A DNA stretch of 64,000 nucleotides from a virus (lineage: Duplodnaviria > Caudoviricetes), in IMG/VR virus record IMGVR_UViG_3300028591_000019, positions 13,408-77,407 of that record; one strand, 5' to 3'. A program made the position numbers and the translations under genes. This document shows, piece by piece, positions 35,850 through 44,674 of this stretch (the stretch's first letter is position 1; each line of letters begins with the position of its first letter). A model generated the notes under the pieces. It made no database searches and was not told the origin of the DNA. It was given only the letters and a program-made list of their open reading frames with translations.

Positions 35850-36155
35850 ATGGGATACTTCAAATGGAAGCCGAGCAAGGCACAAAAAGAAATATTCAAG
35901 AATAAGATGTGCGAGATAGAAAAGTTCTGTGAAGAAAACAATATCTCGCACTCTTCTTCTTATGACAGTTACTACTTTGAAATTAAAGGGCAAAAGTATC
36001 GTGTCAGTAATCATTCGCCAGAGAGCAGTCCCTACCATTGGGGAAGAGATGCCGACACACGTTATATCAACGCAAGCAAACTCCGCATCATTCAAATCTA
36101 CATTGATTTGATGTATGGAAGCAAACTGGACGGGCATGGATATGTCATTGAATAA
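35850..36155 (+). CDS. Hypothetical protein
   Basis: WKPSKAQ...YYFEIKGQKYRVSNH. Confidence 0.65.
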   Translation: MGYFKWKPSKAQKEIFKNKMCEIEKFCEENNISHSSSYDSYYFEIKGQKYRVSNHSPESSPYHWGRDADTRYINASKLRIIQIYIDLMYGSKLDGHGYVIE

Positions 36156-36164
36156 GAAAGGAGA

Positions 36165-36776
36165 ATGAATATGGGCTATAAAATGTCTGACTTTCGTAAA
36201 ATGTTTGCTGACAAAGTTTCGGAGTATCTCAACAGGGGATATATGTTTAACGAAAGAATTCGTAGTCTTGGCAATGAGGTTGTAAAGGTTGATTTGTTTA
36301 AAGGAAACGAATGCGTTCGCGTTGCCATTTTCCGTGAACACGAAAGCAATTGGAAGTCAAGCAACAGATATGACTGGTGGACGCTTGAACACGTTTCAAT
36401 CGTTGTAGGGAAATATAATGACCCGACAGGATGGAACGATAGGCTTGAAATTGTAGAGAGAAAGGATTTCTATAGCAAGGGCGAACTAAATGATGGGTAT
36501 TTTGTTGACAATAAAGATGAAGCAATCGAAATGTGCAGGAAACATTTCAGAAGACTTGATGCAAGGCATTTCCATGCGGAAAAAATAATATATTCTGAAG
36601 ATGTTAAGTCGATTGTGCTTCCGTTCGTCCGCAGACAGCCTAGGTGTGGCAGAAAGAAAGTCGAGGACATTGCTTCCGTTACGAAGTGTTCTATCGATGA
36701 ATACAACAGGTATATGTATTACAATGTCAGGCTTCATGACGGTAAAAACTTTCAGCTTATAGCTAGATGTAATTGA
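36165..36776 (+). CDS. Hypothetical protein
   Basis: 203 aa, GAAAGGAG ribosome site. Confidence 0.65.
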   Translation: MNMGYKMSDFRKMFADKVSEYLNRGYMFNERIRSLGNEVVKVDLFKGNECVRVAIFREHESNWKSSNRYDWWTLEHVSIVVGKYNDPTGWNDRLEIVERKDFYSKGELNDGYFVDNKDEAIEMCRKHFRRLDARHFHAEKIIYSEDVKSIVLPFVRRQPRCGRKKVEDIASVTKCSIDEYNRYMYYNVRLHDGKNFQLIARCN

Positions 36777-36796
36777 TTAGATGGGGGTGAAATTAA

Positions 36797-37234
36797 ATGA
36801 CGCTGTTTGAACTTTCAAAAGACCAAGTAAAGGAACTGCGTGAAGATTATCTCACACAGCATTTCAACAGCTTGTCGGAAACGGTCGATGACGTCACGGA
36901 TGAGATGCTTATCGAGGAATATGGAAGCACAGACTTCTCCAACGATGACTTCATGGCAAAGCCGAGAGAATGTGCTGACAACTATGAGGTGGCTGTCGAT
37001 TTTGAAGAAACAGAATGGTGTGGCAATTGTGACCACGAGGTTACGTTGCATTGGGATATCCGTGAGAATGGCTTCCGTGCATACTGCCCTTACTGTGGAA
37101 AGAGGTTAATGCTTTGCGATGCTTGTATGCATCGTTTTGGGGATATGCATGACAACTGGCAATCATGCAAGAACTGTCTGTTCAAGAATAAAGGATTTGC
37201 CAAAGATGATGTGTATGTATGGAACAAAAAATAA
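36797..37234 (+). CDS. Two-module hypothetical protein with Zn ribbon
   Basis: Acidic N-half plus WCGNC...CPYCGKRLMLCDAC. Confidence 0.6.
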   Translation: MTLFELSKDQVKELREDYLTQHFNSLSETVDDVTDEMLIEEYGSTDFSNDDFMAKPRECADNYEVAVDFEETEWCGNCDHEVTLHWDIRENGFRAYCPYCGKRLMLCDACMHRFGDMHDNWQSCKNCLFKNKGFAKDDVYVWNKK

Positions 37235-37481
37235 TTTTCATCTTGGTGTAGTAATCCTCAGATTTGTGACTCTGTATACAGCGAAAGGATAGTGATACAG
37301 AATGAAAAATCATGGTCGGTTTCCAATTTGGTTTACTGGAACTCGCAGAACACACTGGAGAGTAGTTTGGCAAAAAGAAGACGGCACATGCTGGTGCAAA
37401 TGGTACGGGCAGTTGATTGAAATAAACTGGGGTATTGCAATGTTCCGTACTGTTGAAAAGTATTAAAGGATGGTGATGTGA

Positions 37482-37739
37482 ATGCCGAGAAAGAAAAAGA
37501 CTGAGCCGAAGCAGACCGTCACGCATTCCAAGATGCGAACGCTTAACGAAATACTGGATGAGTTGGAAACATACAGGGCGAAATACGGAAATCGTCCTGT
37601 TGTTTCTTTCGGGGAAACAATGGGCGAATACAACGGAAAAACAAATCCTCATGTACTGCACGTTCGTGTAAGTGCGGATGAATGCAAGCCGATTTACTTC
37701 GCTTCTACAAACGACAAAGTTAGAAAGGTGGTCGATTAA
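37482..37739 (+). CDS. Hypothetical protein
   Basis: 85 aa after AAAGGATGGTG. Confidence 0.55.
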   Translation: MPRKKKTEPKQTVTHSKMRTLNEILDELETYRAKYGNRPVVSFGETMGEYNGKTNPHVLHVRVSADECKPIYFASTNDKVRKVVD

Positions 37740-37801
37740 TAATGGGTGCAATTATGGCGTATATTTTCCTGTTCGTGTTGGGGCTTCTGCTTTCATAAAT
37801 A

Positions 37802-38329
37802 ATGGGGTGCGAAACAATGGTCAAGATAGAACGAAAGAAAAAGACAAAAGAGTTTTATTGGGTGAATCGTGATGAAGGAACATTTTGTATGGACGGAGAA
37901 GTACACAACTTATCCGAGTACGATTTGAATGAAGTGTTCCGAGGTTCTTGTTTAAATGATGGGGTTCTGGAGAAGCACTTCCGTGTTATTCAACTGATGC
38001 GTGACATCGATGCGGATTGCTACTACACAAAGTACATGGACTTCACGAGTCCAGAAAAGGATTCACAATGTATCCAGTACAGATTCCTGTGCGGTAACGT
38101 CTTCGCATTGCACACAACAAAAGAATGCAAGCGGTTTTCCGAATTGCTTTCTCTTGTAGATGATTTCTGTGTGTGCGCTCCGCTTGAAGAGGAACGTGCG
38201 AAAGAACATGGTAATCATATCCTATGTGTAGCATTCAGTATCAACAATGTATGGAAGAAAAGTAACCTTGACTACATCCGACAAGAGAGGAAGGAATACA
38301 AAGGCAATGACAAAGGCAGATATGATTAA
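37802..38329 (+). CDS. Hypothetical protein
   Basis: 175 aa. Confidence 0.55.
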   Translation: MGCETMVKIERKKKTKEFYWVNRDEGTFCMDGEVHNLSEYDLNEVFRGSCLNDGVLEKHFRVIQLMRDIDADCYYTKYMDFTSPEKDSQCIQYRFLCGNVFALHTTKECKRFSELLSLVDDFCVCAPLEEERAKEHGNHILCVAFSINNVWKKSNLDYIRQERKEYKGNDKGRYD

Positions 38330-38579
38330 GGTCAAGCGTCACGGAAAGCTTCTCGCAATCGATACGGTATGCGGATGGCAGTACTGGGAATACGATGGCG
38401 CATTGTACTCTATCAATTCCGATGGCAATCCAGAACGGATGAGCATCTGGTGTTCGATGAGCAGACTGGATGGTCATCTGCATAGGCTGTGGAGAATCTG
38501 TGGGAAAAAGAAATTCACAGAATGTGATGATATGGTAATCGTAGACAAAGAAAGAATGTCCCAGTTCAGTTGGGCATAA
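38322..38579 (+). CDS. Hypothetical protein
   Basis: MIKVKRHG..., overlapping the upstream stop. Confidence 0.55.
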   Translation: MIKVKRHGKLLAIDTVCGWQYWEYDGALYSINSDGNPERMSIWCSMSRLDGHLHRLWRICGKKKFTECDDMVIVDKERMSQFSWA

Positions 38580-38598
38580 GAGAAAGGAGAAAAATAAT

Positions 38599-38838
38599 AT
38601 GGCAAAGCGTGGATTTAAAGATATATGTGACAAGTTGCAGAAAGCGCATAACATTCTTCTGGAAATTCTTGATGATGTGCAGGAGAAGCGTGACGCAATC
38701 GATGACAAGACGATGGAGTACGACAGGGATTATACGGATGCAGAGCAGGAAGCAATGGATGCTCTTGATGAAATCGAATCAAGTGTTGATGATGCTGTCA
38801 CTTCTATCGAAGAAGCGATGGACGCTTGCGGATATTGA
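38599..38838 (+). CDS. Highly acidic small helical protein
   Basis: 24 of 79 residues are D or E. Confidence 0.65.
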   Translation: MAKRGFKDICDKLQKAHNILLEILDDVQEKRDAIDDKTMEYDRDYTDAEQEAMDALDEIESSVDDAVTSIEEAMDACGY

Positions 38839-38853
38839 AAGGAGAATAATTCT

Positions 38854-39165
38854 ATGGATAAGCAATACGATGTAAAGATTTTGCTCACAAAAGAAGATGG
38901 TTCGACATATGATTACGATGCAACGGTAGAGTTTAGCCACGAGGACAACGACTACGGCAACGGCTATCATATGGGTATTCGGTCGAAAGATGAGCCGTTC
39001 GGATTCGGCGTGTATGACATCAGATATGATGTCGAGTTCAGAAAAGACCAAATCCTTGAATGGTTAATGGGTTGGTACGAGAGCAGATTCAATGGCAAGG
39101 GCGGAAGATGGGCAATCAAACGCTTCTCTATTGAAGTTAACGGCAATGTGAAAGAAGGGGCGTGA
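38854..39165 (+). CDS. Hypothetical protein
   Basis: 103 aa, GAAAGGAG ribosome site. Confidence 0.65.
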   Translation: MDKQYDVKILLTKEDGSTYDYDATVEFSHEDNDYGNGYHMGIRSKDEPFGFGVYDIRYDVEFRKDQILEWLMGWYESRFNGKGGRWAIKRFSIEVNGNVKEGA

Positions 39166-39191
39166 TTAGCATGGTGGCTAGAATTTAAACA

Positions 39192-39272
39192 ATGCTTGAT
39201 ATCTGTCAAGCATATTTTTTACCCTATAATAAGACGTATAGTCTTGACGCATACATCACTATATGCTACAAT
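39192..39272 (+). promoter_or_regulatory. Sigma-A promoter with upstream inverted repeat
   Basis: TTGACG-N17-TACAAT at 39244-39272 with extended TG; inverted repeat ATGCTTGA-TATCTG-TCAAGCAT at 39192-39213. Confidence 0.7.
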
Positions 39273-39311
39273 GTTATTAACGAACTAATTAGAAAGGACG
39301 GTCAAGCATAA

Positions 39312-39488
39312 ATGTTCAAACGGTTTACTAAGGTAAGCAATCGAACGAAGAAATACGCTGTCGATGGCGGTACATACAGATGGTTGGAGATTGTGGACTT
39401 CCTCGCAAAGCTTGAGAACGCAATCGAGGATGGAAGATTGGTTCTTCCGAAAGATGTAGAGGACGAATTGTATGGGAACGAAGAGTAA
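39312..39488 (+). CDS. Small hypothetical protein (not in track)
   Basis: Manual translation MFKRFTKVSNRTKKY..., 58 aa, AGAAAGGA ribosome site. Confidence 0.55.
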   Translation: MFKRFTKVSNRTKKYAVDGGTYRWLEIVDFLAKLENAIEDGRLVLPKDVEDELYGNEE

Positions 39489-39723
39489 GACGCTCCAGAT
39501 GTTTCCGATGAAAGCATTCAGAAAGAATGTAGTCACAAAAACATACCAGTTCGTTGTTACAAGGGAAACAGATTTCAATGAGGAAGCATGGGAACTGATT
39601 TATGTAGATGCGGAGAGCCTTGATGTTGCCAAGATAAAGGCAAAAGAACAGGCAGAATCATACGGATACACTTGCGAACCAGATTTCGTAAAGATTGTAA
39701 GGGATGCAACACCAGACGAATAG
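39472..39723 (+). CDS. Hypothetical protein
   Basis: True start likely later than the track. Confidence 0.45.
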   Translation: MGTKSKTLQMFPMKAFRKNVVTKTYQFVVTRETDFNEEAWELIYVDAESLDVAKIKAKEQAESYGYTCEPDFVKIVRDATPDE

Positions 39724-39756
39724 AGAAAAGACATATTGTTTTGGGGGTGAAAAACA

Positions 39757-40725
39757 ATGTTGGATGCGAAACTTTTGAAAGCAAGAGATACCTACCTCAA
39801 GAATTGCAGGACAAACGAGATGTCCGAAGGAACGGTAGAAAATTACAACCGTGTTCTCCGTCAGTACATGGATAGCATGGAAAGGAATGGACACACAGAA
39901 CCTACGATTCAATCCGTTGCGGATTGGAAGTTCGAGTTGATGGATGAGAACTCTCCGTATCATGTCAAGGTAACAACCGCTTCTGGATATATCAATATGC
40001 TGTCGGCATTCTTCGACTGGGCAAAAGCGATGGAACTCCTTGAAAAGAATCCTGTCCTGCCCACGCTTAAGCCGTCAAGGAAAGCGGTACGGAATGAGAT
40101 GAAAAGACCGTATGAACATCCGATGGATGAGATTGATTACGCACACATCGTGTACGGTGAAAGACCGAATCATGCAAAAGGAGAAACTTGGAAGCGCAAC
40201 AAAGCAATGTACACAGTTCTCCTTACGACAGCGATTCGTAACAGCGAACTCCGCAGTCTCACGCTTGACGATGTCAACTTCGATGACGGATACATTACGA
40301 TTCGTCACGGCAAAGGAGATAAGATGCGGTATGTTGCGTTCCCGAAAGTCGCACAGGATGCCGTGCAGGAATACTTGGACGATGGATACAGACCCAAAGA
40401 TATCCCGACCTCTGCCCCGCTCTTCGGTTCTAAAGGAAACCGTTTCGCAGACGGATGGCACGAAATCGACAGGCACACATTGTCTCAGCTTGTCGAGCGT
40501 CAAGTGCAGAGAATGACGGGCAAGGATGGAATCCGTTCTCACGCACTCCGTCATGCATCCGCTTCCATTATGTTGGACAAGAATATGTCGATGGAAGAAA
40601 TTTCCTCTCTGCTTGGGCATGAAAGCGTAGCAACGACTGCCCTGTATGCCCAGAGACTTCGTCCGACTCTGCCGAGCGAACACGCAAACGATGTGTTCGG
40701 GTCTATCAAGCCTGTCGGTGCATAA
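39757..40725 (+). CDS. Second tyrosine recombinase, XerC/D-like
   Basis: AIRNSELRSL, IRHGKGDKMR, SHALRH, LLGHESVATTALY. Confidence 0.92.
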   Translation: MLDAKLLKARDTYLKNCRTNEMSEGTVENYNRVLRQYMDSMERNGHTEPTIQSVADWKFELMDENSPYHVKVTTASGYINMLSAFFDWAKAMELLEKNPVLPTLKPSRKAVRNEMKRPYEHPMDEIDYAHIVYGERPNHAKGETWKRNKAMYTVLLTTAIRNSELRSLTLDDVNFDDGYITIRHGKGDKMRYVAFPKVAQDAVQEYLDDGYRPKDIPTSAPLFGSKGNRFADGWHEIDRHTLSQLVERQVQRMTGKDGIRSHALRHASASIMLDKNMSMEEISSLLGHESVATTALYAQRLRPTLPSEHANDVFGSIKPVGA

Positions 40726-40804
40726 CTAAAGCAAGGCTTAATAACGGGATGCTTTCGCAACCGCAATTAAAGAATGCGTCCCCAAATTTAAATAAAGAAA
40801 GGAA

Positions 40805-41020
40805 GTGTTAGAAATGTTAGTTAAGGATTTTGTAGCAATGGATAAGTTTGGTTCTCTCTTCCAAGTTGTTGACGCAACACGAACAGGGTATGTGAGTTAC
40901 CCCGACCAATGCACCCTCATAACAGGAGACAGGAATGTCGTTTGTAAAGAGTTTGGCGAACACGAAGTCGTAGGAGTAGCTCCTAAAAGCAGACGCGCTT
41001 TACTGATTTTCATCAAGTAA
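40805..41020 (+). CDS. Hypothetical protein
   Basis: 71 aa. Confidence 0.5.
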   Translation: MLEMLVKDFVAMDKFGSLFQVVDATRTGYVSYPDQCTLITGDRNVVCKEFGEHEVVGVAPKSRRALLIFIK

Positions 41021-41043
41021 TATGGAAAGGATGGTACACCACA

Positions 41044-41256
41044 ATGGGAAGATACTTCAAGACATTCCAGACGCAGAAAGAAAGAACAAAATGGATAAGA
41101 GAGATGCAGAAAGAGAATCCGAAGTTCTGTGTCTGTTTCTGCGAACCTACAAACAGTTCCGATAAGAAACTCTTTGAAGCAAGCGGTGTCGATACAAACA
41201 TTATGAAGTACGCTTGCATTTATACATTCGACCATAACGTAGAAAGGGCGGTGTGA
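41044..41256 (+). CDS. Hypothetical protein
   Basis: 70 aa. Confidence 0.5.
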   Translation: MGRYFKTFQTQKERTKWIREMQKENPKFCVCFCEPTNSSDKKLFEASGVDTNIMKYACIYTFDHNVERAV

Positions 41257-41696
41257 TTATGGCTATCGATAAAAATGTAATGGGGATGTCACTCCAGATG
41301 AACGAGGAGTTCATCACAAATCTTGCAAAGCAGATGGTAAGCGAAAGTATTATGGAAACTCTCGGCGGTGGGAACAAGTTTGTCGAGACAATTGTTGGTG
41401 AAATCCTTAAAACAAAAGTTGACCCAAAGAGTGGGAAAGTATCAACTTACTCTGATTCTATACCATACATTCAATGGCTCATCAACAAAGTCATTCGAGA
41501 TGAACTCGAAGGAACTGTGCAGGAAATCCTTGATGAGAATCGCCCAGAGATTCGTAAAAGAATCAAGAAGGAACTTATGAAGGAAAAGACAATTAATGAT
41601 TGTTTCAATGCCTTTGCCGAAAGCGTAACAAATTCTATCAGTTCCGTTTGGAGAACGCAGATTGACGTTACGTTCCTTCATAGTAATAACGAATAA
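41253..41696 (+). CDS. Hypothetical helical protein
   Basis: 147 aa. Confidence 0.6.
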   Translation: MIMAIDKNVMGMSLQMNEEFITNLAKQMVSESIMETLGGGNKFVETIVGEILKTKVDPKSGKVSTYSDSIPYIQWLINKVIRDELEGTVQEILDENRPEIRKRIKKELMKEKTINDCFNAFAESVTNSISSVWRTQIDVTFLHSNNE

Positions 41697-41705
41697 GGAA
41701 AGGAT

Positions 41706-42110
41706 GTGTGTCTAAGAATGTCCACGAATACATTTGACCGCAAGCTTGAAATAACAGACCCAGAATCAGTCAAGAAACTTACCGAGATTATGGATGGCGA
41801 ACCGCATCAGATAGTAACTCGAACGGATAATCCGATGGTTACGCTTCCACTACCAGATGCACCAGATGACGCTTATTTGACATTTGATTGCACCGTACAG
41901 GTACAAGACAATGTGGAAGAACTTCTAAAAGAGCGTAAAGAACTCCGTGACTTCGTTATATGGGTAGCCGATGAAATCTTCGATGAATACTTCGAGGACA
42001 ATGCAGGAGCATTCTCCGAGATAGCGTGTCGCAAATTGTACAAACTTGGAATCGTTAAGAGAGATAAGGAGATATGGATATATGAACACAGCGAAGTTGC
42101 ACAAGATTAA
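41706..42110 (+). CDS. Mosaic hypothetical protein
   Basis: 134 aa. Confidence 0.55.
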   Translation: MCLRMSTNTFDRKLEITDPESVKKLTEIMDGEPHQIVTRTDNPMVTLPLPDAPDDAYLTFDCTVQVQDNVEELLKERKELRDFVIWVADEIFDEYFEDNAGAFSEIACRKLYKLGIVKRDKEIWIYEHSEVAQD

Positions 42111-42360
42111 ACTCAGAGAAGAGTTCGCAGACGCTGTTCTGTACGGAGATAAAACATTTGAAGTTCGTGAGAACGACAGAGGTTATCAGAAAGATGACCT
42201 CGTTCAGTTTGACGTAATCGATAAGTATTATCATGAGTCTGTTTCTCATCCGCTTATGAAAGAAACATATCGCATTACCTATGTCTTGAACGGATGGGGA
42301 ATCGAACCGAAGTTTGTGGTGTTCAGCATCAAGAATGTGAGGGATGAATTCAATGAGTGA
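42082..42360 (+). CDS. ASCH / DUF3850-like PUA-fold protein
   Basis: HKIKLREEFADAVLYGDKTFEVRENDRGYQKDD...ITYV. Confidence 0.8.
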   Translation: MNTAKLHKIKLREEFADAVLYGDKTFEVRENDRGYQKDDLVQFDVIDKYYHESVSHPLMKETYRITYVLNGWGIEPKFVVFSIKNVRDEFNE

Positions 42361-42388
42361 TTGCATGACGCAGGAAGATGCGATGAAC

Positions 42389-42801
42389 ATGAATAATGAA
42401 CAAGCTATACAGATACTAAAGCCGATGCAAATGATGATGCGTGACCAACACGGATGCCCTATAAGCGATGCGTATTTTGCGTTGGGAAAGGCGTTGGAAG
42501 CGTTGGAAGCGTTTGGTAAAGAACCCAAATGGATACCCGTTAAGTTCCGACCGATGGATAAAGAAGAAAAGCAATATTGGGAAGAGCATTATTCGATGAA
42601 GAAGATTCCGTCACGTTCGATTGTCCCATGCCAGAAGGCGGGCAGGAAGTGTGGGTATGCTCCAAATGCGGGAACGTATGGCAGGATACTTGCCAATGGG
42701 ATGATGGCGGTCTTTATCTCGAAAGCAACGGAGATTGGGAAGATATCGTTGCATGGATGCCGTTTGAAAAACCGAAGCCGTGGAAAGGGGAAGAGGAGTG
42801 A
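42389..42801 (+). pseudogene. DUF551-like gene split by a frameshift near 42590
   Basis: Frame 1 gives ...KWIPVKFRPMDKEEKQYWEEHY; another frame continues DEEDSVTFDCPMP...IVAWMPFEKP. Confidence 0.55.
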
Positions 42802-42919
42802 TAGCATTAGCGTTTTGGGTCATCGGATGGGCAGGGGCTTTCCTGCTCCTTCCGATAGGTCAATGGATTAGCTACAAAAGAGATTGTAAAAAGCATGGGA
42901 AAGAACAAGCTGATGAGAT

Positions 42920-43111
42920 TTGGAGAAGGACGAGGTGAAGAAGATGCGTGAATATGTAAGGGTTTATTGTTGCGGAGATTGTATCCATTATAACTGGAAG
43001 AAGCATAAATGCAATCTGGGGGCGAGCGAAGAGGGCGATGCAAAAGACCATTTCTATCGTGACTGCCCGTTAGGAATTTGTACGGAAGAAGAAAGAGAGA
43101 GCAGACGATGA
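42920..43111 (+). CDS. Small Cys-rich hypothetical protein
   Basis: CCGDCIHY...CNLG...CPL. Confidence 0.5.
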   Translation: MEKDEVKKMREYVRVYCCGDCIHYNWKKHKCNLGASEEGDAKDHFYRDCPLGICTEEERESRR

Positions 43112-43299
43112 GCATTCTGATTAAGGGAATGGAGATGCCGAAGAGTTGCCACGAATGTCCGTTGTTGTATGTGACGAGCATTTGTGATGGGTCAAAGGAT
43201 TGCCCGTTGCAACCGCTTGTGAGGTGTGAAAACTGCAATGAAGAAATGCAGGAAGTAGCTAATAAAGACGCTTTTTATGGAGAAGCGTTAAATGATTAA
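43108..43299 (+). CDS. MSILIKGM-x-MPKSC module protein, short copy
   Basis: Shares its N-terminus with the next gene. Confidence 0.55.
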   Translation: MSILIKGMEMPKSCHECPLLYVTSICDGSKDCPLQPLVRCENCNEEMQEVANKDAFYGEALND

Positions 43300-43314
43300 G
43301 GAGAAGGAACATAC

Positions 43315-43662
43315 ATGAGCATATTAATTAAGGGTATGAATATGCCGAAGAGTTGTTATGATTGTCCGCTTGCGATGCAAGATTACACCACTTTGTTTGG
43401 GAATAATTTTAAGCAGACAAGAAACAGTTATGCGTGTGTACTAACACACAAGGTAATAACAAGCACGAAGCGCAATCGATTCTGCCCTCTCATCATCGTC
43501 CCATCGCATGGGAAGTTGATTGATGTGGATAAAGTGTTAGACGAACTTTCGCATAAGCTAGGCATACGAAGTCTCGACTATCTGACTCCAAGTGAACGGG
43601 CTATTGTCAGTTGGTTTCGTACCGCTCCCACAATTATAGAAGCGGAGGAGGGCGAGACATGA
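43315..43662 (+). CDS. MSILIKGM-x-MPKSC module protein, long copy
   Basis: ...CPL...PSHGKLIDVD...APTIIEAE. Confidence 0.6.
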   Translation: MSILIKGMNMPKSCYDCPLAMQDYTTLFGNNFKQTRNSYACVLTHKVITSTKRNRFCPLIIVPSHGKLIDVDKVLDELSHKLGIRSLDYLTPSERAIVSWFRTAPTIIEAEEGET

Positions 43663-43913
43663 AAGACAATGAAATCTTTGCCCGTATTGCAAGAGATGTC
43701 GCAGATGTCGGGAACAGTATGTTTGGCGTAAGAGACCTAACAATCTGGATGACAAAAGATTTGTTCAATCGGCTTGTCTCGGAACAGTTTGTTCTCCAAA
43801 AAGACAGCGCAATGATAACGCTTTTTGGTTGCAAAGTTAAAGTTGTGCTTTTTCCTTGTGCTGGTATGCGATGGATAGTCGGCTACGAGGGGAAAGCAGA
43901 GGAGGACGAATGA
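43659..43913 (+). CDS. Hypothetical protein
   Basis: ATGA overlap. Confidence 0.55.
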   Translation: MKDNEIFARIARDVADVGNSMFGVRDLTIWMTKDLFNRLVSEQFVLQKDSAMITLFGCKVKVVLFPCAGMRWIVGYEGKAEEDE

Positions 43914-44239
43914 TGAGAACAATGTGCGGTAGTCCTTGCTTACACTACGATTGCTCCAACAGAAACATCTTTGGCTATTGCAAAACAACGGTGTGCATCA
44001 ATAAACACTACTATCAAGAGGAGCTGTGGGATTTGTCGTCAACAACAAACAAAACCGAGAATGTGATTATAAAACAGCCGACCAACGCTGACCGCATACG
44101 GGCTATGAGCGACGAGGAATTGGCAGAGTGGATTAACAAGCACGATTGTCATACGAACCTTTACGGATATGACACTAAAGAAGCTATACTCGACTGGCTG
44201 AAACAGGAGGTTTCAGATGAAAAGTGCATGGATGTATGA
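43910..44239 (+). CDS. Mosaic hypothetical protein
   Basis: GYCKTTVCIN plus TNADRIRAMSDEELAEW modules. Confidence 0.6.
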   Translation: MMRTMCGSPCLHYDCSNRNIFGYCKTTVCINKHYYQEELWDLSSTTNKTENVIIKQPTNADRIRAMSDEELAEWINKHDCHTNLYGYDTKEAILDWLKQEVSDEKCMDV

Positions 44240-44468
44240 CGGATATACCAAGATTAAAGTCGGAACAGGTAGACATACAAGAATGGTTGAAAAGCACATC
44301 TACAAATGTCTGCATTGTGGGTGGAATGTAAGAACAGAACGCACAGAAAAACCACCGCAATACTGCCCAAATTGCCAGAGCGATATGAGAGGTGAAGCGA
44401 ATGAGGGAAAAGCTATACAAGGCTTCAGATATTATCGGCATTTTAGCGGAAGAGGTAACGGATGCTGA
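44217..44468 (+). CDS. Zn-ribbon hypothetical protein
   Basis: YKCLHCG...YCPNCQSDMR. Confidence 0.55.
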   Translation: MKSAWMYDGYTKIKVGTGRHTRMVEKHIYKCLHCGWNVRTERTEKPPQYCPNCQSDMRGEANEGKAIQGFRYYRHFSGRGNGC

Positions 44469-44673
44469 ATTATTAAGAGTCATAAAACGGCTGTCTAATA
44501 TTCCATCTGCCGTGGTAAGGTGCGAGGATTGCAAACACTTTGACCTTGACCACTTTGAGAACGTAAGAGGTATACCGCTTATCGTGGCACACGAAATTTG
44601 TAACAGATGGGGTAACGGATGCAAGACGGATTCAAACGGCTTCTGTTTCTTAGGTGATAGGGGGAGCGATTAA
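44401..44673 (+). CDS. VVRC module hypothetical protein
   Basis: VVRCEDCKH...GFCFLG. Confidence 0.55.
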   Translation: MREKLYKASDIIGILAEEVTDAELLRVIKRLSNIPSAVVRCEDCKHFDLDHFENVRGIPLIVAHEICNRWGNGCKTDSNGFCFLGDRGSD

Positions 44674-44674
44674 T

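Larger units (their letters stand above)
26038..37272 (+). promoter_or_regulatory. Ten dispersed copies of TGTAGTAA-N11-GTGACTC, putative phage-specific promoters
   Basis: Starts at 26038, 26379, 26966, 27887, 28207, 28516, 29182, 31656, 33813, 37247; same strand, invariant 11-nt spacer, each ahead of a gene or gene block. Confidence 0.75.

Noticed and set aside
26038-37272. Ten-copy motif as a CRISPR array or integron attC sites
   Set aside because: Copies are 300-3400 nt apart with genes between them, have a variable core, lack attC-type inverted symmetry, and no cas or integron integrase insertion was recognised
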